A DNA stretch of 64,000 nt, from the NCBI GenBank assembly GCA_963667255.1, contig OY762940.1, positions 1,472,001 through 1,536,000 of the forward strand, read 5' to 3'. Under the pieces are notes generated by a model that ran no database searches, was not told where the DNA came from, and was given only the letters and a program-made list of their open reading frames with translations. This document shows, piece by piece, positions 8,605 to 18,482 of the stretch (its first letter is position 1; each line of letters begins with the position of its first letter). This DNA is from Candidatus Cloacimonadota bacterium (GTDB lineage: Bacteria; Cloacimonadota; Cloacimonadia; G963667145). Position numbers and translations under genes: made by a program.

Positions 8605-8651
8605 GTTTGGGATTCCTACCATTCTATTTCTCATGCCCGTTGTCTATCTTG

Positions 8652-8685
8652 CTCTCGCTCCCAAGCTTCAGCCTGGGAGCGAGAG
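8652..8685. repeat. Single REP palindrome of the same family as 5989-6085
   Basis: CTCTCGCTCCCAAGCTTCAGCCTGGGAGCGAGAG. Confidence 0.75.
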
Positions 8686-8776
8686 AGAAAAGGCAAACAA
8701 CAAAGATAGTCATACATCGTAAACAACACACAGGTTTCGCAAAACCATTTATAAAGAGAGCAATCCTACCCCAAAT

Positions 8777-8804
8777 AAAAAAGTGAGCCTTTTCAGGCTC
8801 ACTT
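8777..8804 (-). terminator. Intrinsic terminator of ppdK
   Basis: AAGTGAGCCT-GAAA-AGGCTCAC followed by T6 on the minus strand. Confidence 0.8.
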
Positions 8805-8825
8805 CCATTATTATATCTAACTAAA

Positions 8826-11534
8826 TTAATCTTCAAGCGAAGCTTGTGCAGCCGCCAAACGAGCAATCGGCACTCTGAATGGAGAACAGCTCACATAGTT
8901 CATTCCCACTTTGTAGCAGAACTTCACAGAATCAGGGTCTCCGCCATGCTCTCCGCAAATTCCCACAGACAAATCTGGTCTAACAGAACGACCTCTCTCC
9001 ACACCAATTTTCACAAGTTGTCCAACACCTTCTTGGTCAATGCTTTGGAACGGATCAACCTTCAAGATTTTCTTGTCCAAATAATCAGGCAAGAAAGTTC
9101 CGATGTCGTCTCTGGAATATCCGAAACACATTTGAGTCAAATCGTTAGTTCCAAAGGAGAAGAACTCAGCATCTTTGGCAATCAAATCGGCAGTAAGAGC
9201 GGCTCTTGGGATTTCTATCATCGTCCCAATTTCGTATTTTGGAGATTGACCGGTCTCTTGCAAAACCTTGTTCACCACTTCCATAGCAACTTGCTTTTGG
9301 TCAATGAACTCCTCGCTCTTGCCAATCAGCGGAATCATAATCTCAGGATGCACGACTACACCTTCTTTGGTCAACTGACAAGCCGCTTCCATAATGGCTC
9401 TAACCTGCATTCTGGTGATTTCTGGATAAGTGATACCCAAACGGCAACCGCGGTGACCAAGCATCGGATTTACCTCGTGCAAAGCATTCACTTTCATTTT
9501 GATTTGCTCCAAAGTAATCCCCAGCTCTTTCGCCAATTCGCCTTGATTTTCATCGTCCATCGGCAAAAACTCGTGCAAAGGCGGATCCAAAAGTCTGATA
9601 GTCACAGGCAACCCGTGCATCGCTTTCAAAATTCCGTAAAAATCGTCTCTTTGATAAGGCAAAAGCTCCGCCAAAGCAACTTCTCTCTCAGCGGTATTAT
9701 TCGCCAAAATCATCTTTCGCATAGACTTAATCCTTTGCGGATCAAAGAACATATGCTCCGTTCTGCACAAGCCAATTCCCACAGCTCCAAACTCCCTGGC
9801 TTTTTGAGCATCGGCAGGAGTATCAGCATTGGTGCGAACTTTCATCTTACTCACCTTGCTTGCCCATTCCATCAGTTTATAGAAATCGCCTTCCAGTTTC
9901 GGCTCAACGAGAGGCAATTGACCAACAAAAATCTCTCCAGTAGAGCCGTCCAAAGAAAGCCATTCGCCCTCTTTCACTTGCACATCGCCCACACTAAAAA
10001 GTTTCTTCTTATAATCGATGGAAATCTCTCCGCAACCTGCCACACAGCATTTTCCCATACCTCTGGCAACCACGGCAGCATGAGAAGTCTTGCCTCCGCG
10101 AGAAGTCAAAATCCCTTTAGCAACAGCCATTCCGTTGATATCTTCAGGCGAAGTCTCCACTCTGATGAGAATCACTTGCTTGCCATCATTTGCCCATTTT
10201 TCGGCTTCATCGGCACTGAACACAGCCATACCCACAGCAGCACCTGGAGATGCCGCCAAGCCTTTGGCAATAGCAGTTTTCTTGGCAGTCACATCAAAAT
10301 TAGGATGCAATAATTGGTCGAGTGAGCCAGCCTCTACTCGCAAAAGTGCGGTCTTTTCATCAATCAAACCTTCGGCAACCATATCCACGGCAATCTTGAG
10401 AGCCGCAGGAGCAGTCCTCTTTCCATTGCGAGTTTGCAACATAAAGAGCTTATTTTGTTGAATAGTAAACTCAATGTCCTGCATATCTTTGTAGTGGTGT
10501 TCCAAAGTCTTATAAACATTCACCAAATCGGCATAAGCCTTAGGCATTTTCTCTTCCAAAGACTGAAACTTTGCCAATCTTTCCTCTTCGCTAACTCCTC
10601 GCTCTTTTGCCCAGTTTTGCGAATCTTTTTTGGTCACTTGACCTGGAGTTCTCACTCCTGCAACCACATCTTCGCCTTGAGCATTTATCAAAAACTCGCC
10701 GAAGAAATGTTTTTCGCCAGTGGCAGGATCTCTGGTAAAGGCAACACCAGTCGCACAATCTTCGCCCATATTTCCGTAAACCATCGCCATAACATTTACA
10801 GCAGTTCCCCAATCGTCAGGGATTTTGTTCAATCTACGATAAGTGATAGCTCTTTGATTGTTCCACGAACCGAAAACCGCATCAATTGCTCCCCAAAGTT
10901 GTTTGTAAGGATCTTGCGGAAAATCTCTTCCCGCTTTGTCTTTCACCACTTTTTTAAATTTCTCTACCAATTTTTGCAAAGCAGCAGCAGACAAATCCAC
11001 ATCGTCTTTCACTCCGTTTTCAGCTTTTATCTTATCGATTTCCACTTCAAAAGGGTCGTGCTCGTCCCAACTGGCAGCACCCACTCCCATTACCACACCG
11101 GCATACATTTGTATGAAACGACGGTAAGTGTCCCAAGCAAATTTTTCGTTTCCAGATTTGGCTATCAAACCTTTAACTATTTCATCATTGAGACCAAGAT
11201 TAAGCACCGTATCCATCATCCCTGGCATAGAAACTCTAGCTCCAGACCGCACGGAAACAAGCAAAGGATTGGCAACATCACCAAAAGTCAAATTCATCTC
11301 TTTTTCCATTTTGGCAACCGCATCCTTGACTTGCTTATTCAAATCGGACGGATATTGATTGGCATTGCTTGTATAATAATTGCACACCTGAGTAGTGATA
11401 GTAAATCCTGGTGGCACTGGTATCCCAAGTTTGCACATTTGTGCGACATTGGCTCCTTTGCCTCCCAAAAGATTTCTCATTTCGGCATCACCGTCAGCAT
11501 GCGACCCGCCGAATGAATAGACTAATTTATCCAT
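8826..11534 (-). CDS. ppdK: Pyruvate, phosphate dikinase
   Basis: LLGGKGAN, PLLVSVRSGARVSMPGMMDT, RGGKTSHAAVVARG, GIGLCRTEHMF, FSFGTNDLTQ and GICGEHGGDP motifs. GGAGG SD before ATG 11534. Confidence 0.98.
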   Translation of the reverse strand: MDKLVYSFGGSHADGDAEMRNLLGGKGANVAQMCKLGIPVPPGFTITTQVCNYYTSNANQYPSDLNKQVKDAVAKMEKEMNLTFGDVANPLLVSVRSGARVSMPGMMDTVLNLGLNDEIVKGLIAKSGNEKFAWDTYRRFIQMYAGVVMGVGAASWDEHDPFEVEIDKIKAENGVKDDVDLSAAALQKLVEKFKKVVKDKAGRDFPQDPYKQLWGAIDAVFGSWNNQRAITYRRLNKIPDDWGTAVNVMAMVYGNMGEDCATGVAFTRDPATGEKHFFGEFLINAQGEDVVAGVRTPGQVTKKDSQNWAKERGVSEEERLAKFQSLEEKMPKAYADLVNVYKTLEHHYKDMQDIEFTIQQNKLFMLQTRNGKRTAPAALKIAVDMVAEGLIDEKTALLRVEAGSLDQLLHPNFDVTAKKTAIAKGLAASPGAAVGMAVFSADEAEKWANDGKQVILIRVETSPEDINGMAVAKGILTSRGGKTSHAAVVARGMGKCCVAGCGEISIDYKKKLFSVGDVQVKEGEWLSLDGSTGEIFVGQLPLVEPKLEGDFYKLMEWASKVSKMKVRTNADTPADAQKAREFGAVGIGLCRTEHMFFDPQRIKSMRKMILANNTAEREVALAELLPYQRDDFYGILKAMHGLPVTIRLLDPPLHEFLPMDDENQGELAKELGITLEQIKMKVNALHEVNPMLGHRGCRLGITYPEITRMQVRAIMEAACQLTKEGVVVHPEIMIPLIGKSEEFIDQKQVAMEVVNKVLQETGQSPKYEIGTMIEIPRAALTADLIAKDAEFFSFGTNDLTQMCFGYSRDDIGTFLPDYLDKKILKVDPFQSIDQEGVGQLVKIGVERGRSVRPDLSVGICGEHGGDPDSVKFCYKVGMNYVSCSPFRVPIARLAAAQASLED

Positions 11535-11804
11535 TTTTTTACCTCCTAAAATATGGAAAGAAATCTCTCTTGCCACTTTTTATAACAAGATATGACCTCA
11601 TTTGTTTATTTTTGTATTAAAACCCACAGGACACTGTGTTTGCCATTCTTGGAAGCAAGGCAAAAGTTGACAAGAAATAATTCTGATAAATGTAGAAAAT
11701 ACTCTGATAAAAGTATCTACCTTAAATTGAAAATTTGCAACGGGAGAAAAATACTAAATGGGAAAAAAGATTATAAGCGGCTAAAAAAACACTCCAAAAT
11801 TTGA

Positions 11805-13049
11805 CTACAAAATCTCCCCGACTAAATCATACTCGAAACTATCGGTAATCTTCACTTTTTGAATAGAGCCAACTTCCCGCTTGTCGTCAAGATACACCAC
11901 GCCGTCTATCTCGGGAGCGTCATATCGAGTGCGAGCGATATTTCCCTCATCCAACATCACTTCCAACTCTTGCCCCACAAATCGTTGCAAATTCACTTTG
12001 GAAATATCTATCTGAGCACTCATCAAAGTATCTGCTCGTTTTTGTGCGACTTTCTCGGGAACTTCCGGTTGCAAATCGTAAGCCTTTGTCCCCTCTTCCT
12101 TGGAATAGGCAAAAACACCCATTTTATCAAATTTGTTCTTTTTTACAAACTCTTGCAACACAACAAAATCTTCCTTATCTTCCGTAGGGAAACCGGTGAT
12201 AAATGTCGTTCTGATTACCTTCTCCTGCTCAAAACTGCGAATGTAATCGATAAATTCTTGAAGCTCATTTCTCGTCCGTTTCCTGTTCATCGCTCGCAAA
12301 ATCTTGTCGCTGGCATGTTGAAAAGGTATCTCGAAATATTTACAAATCTTGGGCATCGCAAAAACAAAATCGATAAGCTCTTTGCTCAGGTGGTCGGGAT
12401 GCAAATATAATAGCCTAATCCACTCAATTCCCTGTATGTTGTGGATTTTTGTCAGAAGAGCAAGCAAGCGATTTTCTCCATAAATATCCGTGCCATACAG
12501 ACAAATATCCTGAGCTGTAACGATTAGCTCCTTGACACCAATTTTGGCAAGGAACTCAGCTTCATCCACCAACTCTTCTATCGCCCTGCTGGTAAATCTG
12601 CCCCGAATATAGGGAATGGCACAATAGCTACAATAGTTGTCACAGCCATCACTTATGCGTAAATAAGCATAATGATTTGGCGTCAAAAGAGAACGAGAAT
12701 TAGAAAATTCCGCTTTGAATATTTTGGCAAACTCGGTAAAATCTTTGAGGTCAACAAGGTAATCAATTTCGGGAATTTCCTGTGCCAACTGTTCCTTGTA
12801 TCTTTTCACAAAACACCCGCTGACAATAAGTTTGGCTCTCTCATTTTTCTCTTCTGCCACCTGCAAAATGGTGTCGATGGTCTCTTCCTTGGCAGATTGA
12901 ATAAAAGCACAAGTGTTAATTATCACGAAATCGGCAGAAGCTAAATCGGCAGTTTCGGAGAGACCAGCACCGTCCAAAATTGCTTTAAATCGCTCGCTAT
13001 CCACCAAATTTTTGGGACAACCGAGGCTGATAATCAGATATTGCTTCAT
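11805..13049 (-). CDS. rimO: Ribosomal protein S12 methylthiotransferase
   Basis: SLGCPKNLVDSE, radical SAM CDNYCSYC, RLLYLHP and DAPEIDG motifs. Confidence 0.95.
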   Translation of the reverse strand: MKQYLIISLGCPKNLVDSERFKAILDGAGLSETADLASADFVIINTCAFIQSAKEETIDTILQVAEEKNERAKLIVSGCFVKRYKEQLAQEIPEIDYLVDLKDFTEFAKIFKAEFSNSRSLLTPNHYAYLRISDGCDNYCSYCAIPYIRGRFTSRAIEELVDEAEFLAKIGVKELIVTAQDICLYGTDIYGENRLLALLTKIHNIQGIEWIRLLYLHPDHLSKELIDFVFAMPKICKYFEIPFQHASDKILRAMNRKRTRNELQEFIDYIRSFEQEKVIRTTFITGFPTEDKEDFVVLQEFVKKNKFDKMGVFAYSKEEGTKAYDLQPEVPEKVAQKRADTLMSAQIDISKVNLQRFVGQELEVMLDEGNIARTRYDAPEIDGVVYLDDKREVGSIQKVKITDSFEYDLVGEIL

Positions 13050-14746
13050 CTATCGATTTTCTTCAGCAACGACTTCAGACTTTTGTAATCTTCCTTGATG
13101 TTTACCATCGCCCCGGGCATAAATCTCGCCTGTTCAAATTTATTAATCAAACCCTTAATCTGCGAAATCAAATCGGCATCTATGCCTTTTGCAGACAAAG
13201 CATCACAAATTTCCAAAGCCGTAGTGCCTCTATCCAAGGAAACAAAATCACATAAATAGTGCAAAAATCCGCTATGAGCAGCATTATAAAACTCAATATT
13301 ACCAGAACTCGCCAAAGCCGAAGCCTCTTTCATATACTTCTTGAAAAGCAAATCAGATTTCTTCTTATTTAGATAATCTTGGTCAAAATTCTTGTTTTTC
13401 TTAGAACTCAAAATCTTGGACAAAATCAAAGAAAGTAAAATCAACAAACCGCATAAAGCCCAATAACGATAGTCCTTTATCCAAAACTTCCCCTCTACTA
13501 AACTGGGCTCAGTGATGATAAAATCTATATCTTCAGACTTTTTTTTTACTGCCGTAGCACCTGGTCCCGCTGACTGAAAATCGTTATAATTTCCTTCCGT
13601 TTTTTTTACCTTAATCGTAGTAGGTTTGGTAGAAAGTTTCTCATACTTTTTGGTCAGCGGATTGAACACTCTAAAGGAAACTGCAGGAATAGTAAAACTC
13701 CCCGATTTCTTGGCAATAACCATATATTTAGCTTGATTCAGACCCTCTTGGGAAGTTATCTCCGGAGTCGCAAATCGATAATCATCATTTTGAGAAAATT
13801 TAGGGAAATCGTCCACAAAGTTGCCGTTACCCTCAACTTTTATGGTATATGTAATCGCATCTCCCTGATCAACTTGGTCGGAACTAACAAAAGAGTTAAT
13901 CGAAAATTTTCCTATCGAACCGTTGAAATCGGACGGCGAAGGTGGTAAATCTTTGATAACGATTTTTTGAGGCAAACTAACCAAGCGATAATCTTTGGTT
14001 CTGCCAAAGCTGAAAAAATCGTCCTCCAAATTCACTGAAGCCACTATCACCAAAGGCGATAGCTCAAAAGTGCCAGCTTTCTGAGGTATAAGTTGATAAG
14101 ACGCTAATTGCATCTTACCGTAAATCACTCCATTTACAATGTTTTGAGCAAAACTAACCTGATTGGCAGCAAAAGTTTGTTTACTCCAAAACCCATCAAA
14201 AGTAGGGTCGGTAACTTTCCTAATTCCCGAAACATTATATCTGGTGTAAACAAAATAGCTTACCAAAATTTTTTCTCCGACATAAGCGGTCGTTTTACTG
14301 ATAGTGGTTTTGATATATAGCGGAGAGTCGTTCGATTTGGTAGGATTATCAGGATTTTTGGTAACCTTGATTTCTATCGGCTTGGTCTCGTAAATCTTCG
14401 CTCCAGCTACAATCTTTTGCGCAGGAATCACAAAAGTCCCGATTTTCGTCGGCATCAAAGTGTATTTGTAACTGAAAGTTTTACTACTGGAACTTTCCCC
14501 GTTCACCAACCTATAACTGGTGGAAGTAAAATTGGACTTGCCAATTATCTTGAAATTCGGAACTTGAGATAGCGATGGTTGCGGCATACCATCATCTGTC
14601 TCCACAACCTGCAGAGTAAAAATCAACTGCTCGTGTATAGACAAACTGGTTCTGTCCACACTCGCTGTAAAACTATTGGCAAACAACAAACCGAAACTAA
14701 AAAGACAAAGAGCAAAAGCCGATATTTTTTTACCAATACTTCCCAT
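13046..14746 (-). CDS. batD: BatD-family protein
   Basis: Signal peptide, repeated Ig-like BatD segments (FTASVDR, YVGE.I, FNGSIGKF, G.GNF), C-terminal TM and ARFMP. Located in the Bat cluster. Confidence 0.8.
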   Translation of the reverse strand: MGSIGKKISAFALCLFSFGLLFANSFTASVDRTSLSIHEQLIFTLQVVETDDGMPQPSLSQVPNFKIIGKSNFTSTSYRLVNGESSSSKTFSYKYTLMPTKIGTFVIPAQKIVAGAKIYETKPIEIKVTKNPDNPTKSNDSPLYIKTTISKTTAYVGEKILVSYFVYTRYNVSGIRKVTDPTFDGFWSKQTFAANQVSFAQNIVNGVIYGKMQLASYQLIPQKAGTFELSPLVIVASVNLEDDFFSFGRTKDYRLVSLPQKIVIKDLPPSPSDFNGSIGKFSINSFVSSDQVDQGDAITYTIKVEGNGNFVDDFPKFSQNDDYRFATPEITSQEGLNQAKYMVIAKKSGSFTIPAVSFRVFNPLTKKYEKLSTKPTTIKVKKTEGNYNDFQSAGPGATAVKKKSEDIDFIITEPSLVEGKFWIKDYRYWALCGLLILLSLILSKILSSKKNKNFDQDYLNKKKSDLLFKKYMKEASALASSGNIEFYNAAHSGFLHYLCDFVSLDRGTTALEICDALSAKGIDADLISQIKGLINKFEQARFMPGAMVNIKEDYKSLKSLLKKIDR

Positions 14747-15521
14747 TTACCGGCACCTCCCCTTTCTGCTTGGATTGTTGCAAGCGAAGCATTTTTTCTT
14801 GGTTCAATATTTTATCAATTTTTTTGTCTGCCATATTCTTTTTAATAGCTTCTTTCTTTTGTTTCTTTTCATCTTCTTTGCTTGGCTTTTTCTTGTCTAC
14901 AGATTTTTGTTGTTCATTTTTTTCGTTCTTTTTCTCGTCAGAACTGTTTTGCTGTTTCTGCTCTTGCTTTTTTTGCTCATCGCTCTTCTTCGATTGTTCC
15001 TGCTTATTCTCTTTCTTCTTATCCTGCTCGCTTTTCTTTTTATCCTCTTTTTGCTGATCGCCCTGCTGATTTTGCTTGTTTTGTTGCTTTTGCTGTTCCT
15101 GCAAAAGTTTATCAGCTATCTCCAAATTTGTCCGTGCCTGATAATTACTCGGGTCTTCTTTAATCGCCTCAATGTAAGCATTTTTAGCTTTATCAAGCTC
15201 GCCTTTTTTGAAATAAGCGTTCCCAATATTTTGGTAAGCAAAAGATTTTTTCGGAAAATCTTTGTCCAATAGTGCCAAATTATATTGGCTGAGAGCCTCG
15301 TCAAACTTACCTTGTTTGTAAAAACTATCGCCCAAATTGAAATGAGAAATCCCGCTATTGTTGCCCTTCTCGACAGACGACTTACCAAAACTTTTTTCCG
15401 ACGAAGAAAAGTCCTGCTTCTCGTAAGCCCGTTTGCCCACAAAATTGTGATAAACCTGCCCAAAATTCAGAGCAAACGCACATGAAAAACTGAATATAAA
15501 AATAAAAATTATCCGTTTCAT
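14730..15521 (-). CDS. batC: BatC-like TPR protein with Q/K/E low-complexity tail
   Basis: TPR motifs (HFNLGDSFYKQG, YQNIGNAYFK, ARTNLE); ends in KYW. Confidence 0.78.
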   Translation of the reverse strand: MKRIIFIFIFSFSCAFALNFGQVYHNFVGKRAYEKQDFSSSEKSFGKSSVEKGNNSGISHFNLGDSFYKQGKFDEALSQYNLALLDKDFPKKSFAYQNIGNAYFKKGELDKAKNAYIEAIKEDPSNYQARTNLEIADKLLQEQQKQQNKQNQQGDQQKEDKKKSEQDKKKENKQEQSKKSDEQKKQEQKQQNSSDEKKNEKNEQQKSVDKKKPSKEDEKKQKKEAIKKNMADKKIDKILNQEKMLRLQQSKQKGEVPVNGKYW

Positions 15522-15523
15522 AA

Positions 15524-16528
15524 CTAATTCAAAAATCTATCTGTTTTTATAATCGATTTGCGGAAAATGAAAAATTCCAACACCAACAATATCAAAGATA
15601 AAAGAGCAAAATGAAAATACTGATGCTTGTAGGTAGTCCGCAATTTATCATCAAATTTGTTCTTTTCCAAAGTGCTTATATCGTTCAAAATCGTATAAAT
15701 TTCCGACTGATTGGGAGTGATGGAATAGGCTCTACCCCCTGTGGTATGAGCGATTGACGACAAAGTAACCATATCAAGTTTGGACTGCACGATATTGCCA
15801 TCACTGTCCTTGATGTATTTGCCACCATCATTATTGTCGAGGACAGCACTACCGAGCGGGGTCCCCACACCAACGCAATAAACTCTTACGCCGTCATTCT
15901 TCAGCTTGCTCGCCATCATCAAAGCATCTCCAGTAAGATTTTCCCCATCGGAGATAAGAAGAACTATCTTTTGATTCCCCTTCAAAACAGCGTTCGCCTG
16001 CAACAAAGCATCTTCCAAATTTGTCCCGTATTTCTTTATTAAATTGGTATTCAAAAGCTCAACGAAGAGGCGGAAAGTGGAATAGTCGTTGGTGAGCGGG
16101 CACTGAACTTTGGCGACTCCGGCAAACGGCACCAAGGCAACTCTGTCGCCCGACAATTGCTCAATAAACAGATTTATCAAATCTTTGGCTCTCGCCAATC
16201 TCGACGGCGAAATATCGGACGCATCCATACTTTTGCTGACATCTATGCAAATAGCGACATCCAAACCTTCCTGTTTGATTTTTTCCGTTTGTCTGTCCCA
16301 TTTCGGACCGGCAAGAGCGATTATCAAGAAGACAAATGACACCAAAAATAACAAATTCTTTACTTTCCAGAGAAACCCAAATCTATCCTTAAAATAGTAA
16401 GGATAAAATTTCTCTTCTGCAAATTTGGTAAAAGCACGCAAAAAAAACCTCTTACTGAACAAAATCAGCAAAAAGAAAACAGGCACTAATAACAGCAAAA
16501 ACAAAAAATAATTGTATTCAAATTCCAT
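15524..16528 (-). CDS. batB: BatB-like VWA membrane protein
   Basis: ALAGPKW, MIDAS DVSKSM, PSRLARAK, CPLTND and LISDGE motifs. Confidence 0.82.
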   Translation of the reverse strand: MEFEYNYFLFLLLLVPVFFLLILFSKRFFLRAFTKFAEEKFYPYYFKDRFGFLWKVKNLLFLVSFVFLIIALAGPKWDRQTEKIKQEGLDVAICIDVSKSMDASDISPSRLARAKDLINLFIEQLSGDRVALVPFAGVAKVQCPLTNDYSTFRLFVELLNTNLIKKYGTNLEDALLQANAVLKGNQKIVLLISDGENLTGDALMMASKLKNDGVRVYCVGVGTPLGSAVLDNNDGGKYIKDSDGNIVQSKLDMVTLSSIAHTTGGRAYSITPNQSEIYTILNDISTLEKNKFDDKLRTTYKHQYFHFALLSLILLVLEFFIFRKSIIKTDRFLN

Positions 16529-16543
16529 AATTTACTTCAAATC

Positions 16544-17530
16544 TTACGGTAAAAATATTTTTAACGGCACTCTCAAAACAAATTCCAAGAGCATACTCAA
16601 AAAAGCCAAACTCAAAAATATCCAAAATTTTTCTTTGTATTCGTAATAATTTCTAATCTTGTATTCGGTTTTCTCCAACTTGTCTATTCTGGAAAAAATC
16701 TGCTCCAACTCCTCGGTGCTTTGAGCCCGCCTTGCCATCGTAGTTCCAGTAGTTTTGGCTATGTCGTTCAGCACATTCATATCGATAGGAATATTAACTT
16801 TTTGGTGAGCTATTTTGCCAAAAAAATTGGTGTAAGGGAAATCGACAGGACCTTCCTTACCAATTCCTATCGGATACACCTTGATGCCATAAGTTGCCGC
16901 CAATTCGGCAGCCTCCCCCGGACTCACATCTCCGGCATTATTCCTGCCATCCGTGAGCAAAATCACCACCTTGGATTTGGCTTTGCTGTCTCGCAGTCTG
17001 CCGACAGCTGTTGCCAATCCCAAGCCGATAGCAGTTCCGTTGGCAGATTGGTCGATTTGCAAATCCTGCACAATTTGCGTCAACAAATTGTAGTCGAGAG
17101 TCAAGGGACATGCCGTAAAAGCGTAATCCGAAAAAGTAACAACACCAATTTTATCGTTCTTTCGCTTACTAACAAAATTGAGAGCAACTTTCTTCGCCGC
17201 CTGTAGTCTGTTGGTCGGTTGCAAATCAACCGCTTGCATAGAGCCGGAAAGGTCAACCGCCAAAATAATATCTATTCCTTTACCGGAAACTTCGGTTTTT
17301 TTGCGAGCAGAGCGGGGTCTCGCCAAAGCAACAATAAGAAACACAATCGCCAAAATCCTAAAAATAAGCGGTAAAAAACGAAACACCGAAGACCTTTTAT
17401 AAACTTTCTTCAAAATATCAAAGCGGGTATATGGCAACCGAGCCTTATGCTTGTTTCTATAAAAAAATTCAAAAAGCAAAATGGGAATTAGAATTAAAAG
17501 AAGCCAAAGATATTGAGGGTCTCTAAACAT
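16544..17530 (-). CDS. batA: BatA-like VWA membrane protein
   Basis: ALARP, DLSGSM, GTAIGLGL, LLTDGRNNAG and IDKLEKT motifs. Confidence 0.85.
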   Translation of the reverse strand: MFRDPQYLWLLLILIPILLFEFFYRNKHKARLPYTRFDILKKVYKRSSVFRFLPLIFRILAIVFLIVALARPRSARKKTEVSGKGIDIILAVDLSGSMQAVDLQPTNRLQAAKKVALNFVSKRKNDKIGVVTFSDYAFTACPLTLDYNLLTQIVQDLQIDQSANGTAIGLGLATAVGRLRDSKAKSKVVILLTDGRNNAGDVSPGEAAELAATYGIKVYPIGIGKEGPVDFPYTNFFGKIAHQKVNIPIDMNVLNDIAKTTGTTMARRAQSTEELEQIFSRIDKLEKTEYKIRNYYEYKEKFWIFLSLAFLSMLLEFVLRVPLKIFLP

Positions 17531-18482
17531 CTTCGCCCTCCTGTTTCTCAGCGATTAAATCGCTCTCCACCTCATTTTGCACCTTCTCAGCCTCTTCCTT
17601 ATCCTTTAAAAATAAATTTCTCGCCCAATCACAATAATCTCTCGACAACGAAATATCGCCTGCGTATTTAGCAAATTTGACCAAATCAGCATAAGAAAAA
17701 ATCTCAAAAAGTTTGTTATGCTCACTCATAATGGGCAATCTCAAAACAACTCTAAGTTCGTCCGTAGTCATCTGTGTAGCAGGCAAATCGTATTTCCTCT
17801 CCAAGAAAAATCGCAAAGAAAAAGATAGCTCAAAAAAGAAATTCAGAAGCTCCCCTTGTTGCAAAAACTCTTCAGCTTTTTGCAACGATTCCAATCCAAC
17901 TTGCCAAGCTGGACGATTATCAACTATCTTTTTTTCTGATTCACTACCGCTCTTTTTTCGCAAAATTTTAGGGAAAAACCTAATCAACAGCACAATAATC
18001 AATAATGCCAAAATCACAACTGCATACTCAACTGCTCCCAAATAAAGCGACTGCGGAGACCTAATATCAACTATATCTTTAACTGTCGTGTCCAAAAGCG
18101 TGTGCACCAAAAAAGGGTAAGATTCCGTTTGTATCTTCTTCTCATCGCCTTTGACATCGATATAAGAAAACTCCAACTCCGGTAAACTCACCAAGCCACT
18201 ACCGGTAAAAATGAACTGATTTTTTAATCTGACACCGGACTCTCCCTGTTCGACCTTCACATCCAGCAAAGATACTCCGGGCAAAGTATCAAACATCGGC
18301 AAAACAATTTGTGGAGATTTCTCGAGATTGCTGGCAGGGTCAGCATCCGGCAAAAGAAGCTCAGCAGAAAAAACAGTCCCAACATTCAGAGAATCGGGAG
18401 CTTTAATCTCCCATTGCTCACTCCCAAAAACTCTTCCCAACAAAAGAATAAAAAACAAAATTCCGAAAATTCTCTTTCTCAT
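17523..18482 (-). CDS. Bat-cluster accessory membrane protein
   Basis: Signal peptide, single TM, and LRFFLE...QMTTDEL...ADLVKFAK typical of the gene between DUF58 and batA. Confidence 0.7.
   Translation of the reverse strand: MRKRIFGILFFILLLGRVFGSEQWEIKAPDSLNVGTVFSAELLLPDADPASNLEKSPQIVLPMFDTLPGVSLLDVKVEQGESGVRLKNQFIFTGSGLVSLPELEFSYIDVKGDEKKIQTESYPFLVHTLLDTTVKDIVDIRSPQSLYLGAVEYAVVILALLIIVLLIRFFPKILRKKSGSESEKKIVDNRPAWQVGLESLQKAEEFLQQGELLNFFFELSFSLRFFLERKYDLPATQMTTDELRVVLRLPIMSEHNKLFEIFSYADLVKFAKYAGDISLSRDYCDWARNLFLKDKEEAEKVQNEVESDLIAEKQEGEDV

Noticed and set aside
8700..8765. GCAAAACC...AAAG segment as a c-di-GMP-I riboswitch
   Set aside because: Lacks the GAAA tetraloop / GACGCAAA core and the second stem.
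8844..11516. Long + strand ORFs (489 and 360 aa) antisense to ppdK, and similar shadows over icd, tgt, ilvC and buk
   Set aside because: They are codon-bias mirror frames of well-conserved genes, with no motifs or start signals.
11592..11804. Small + strand ORF and TTGACA between ppdK and rimO
   Set aside because: No SD, low-complexity product, and it overlaps the probable ppdK promoter region.
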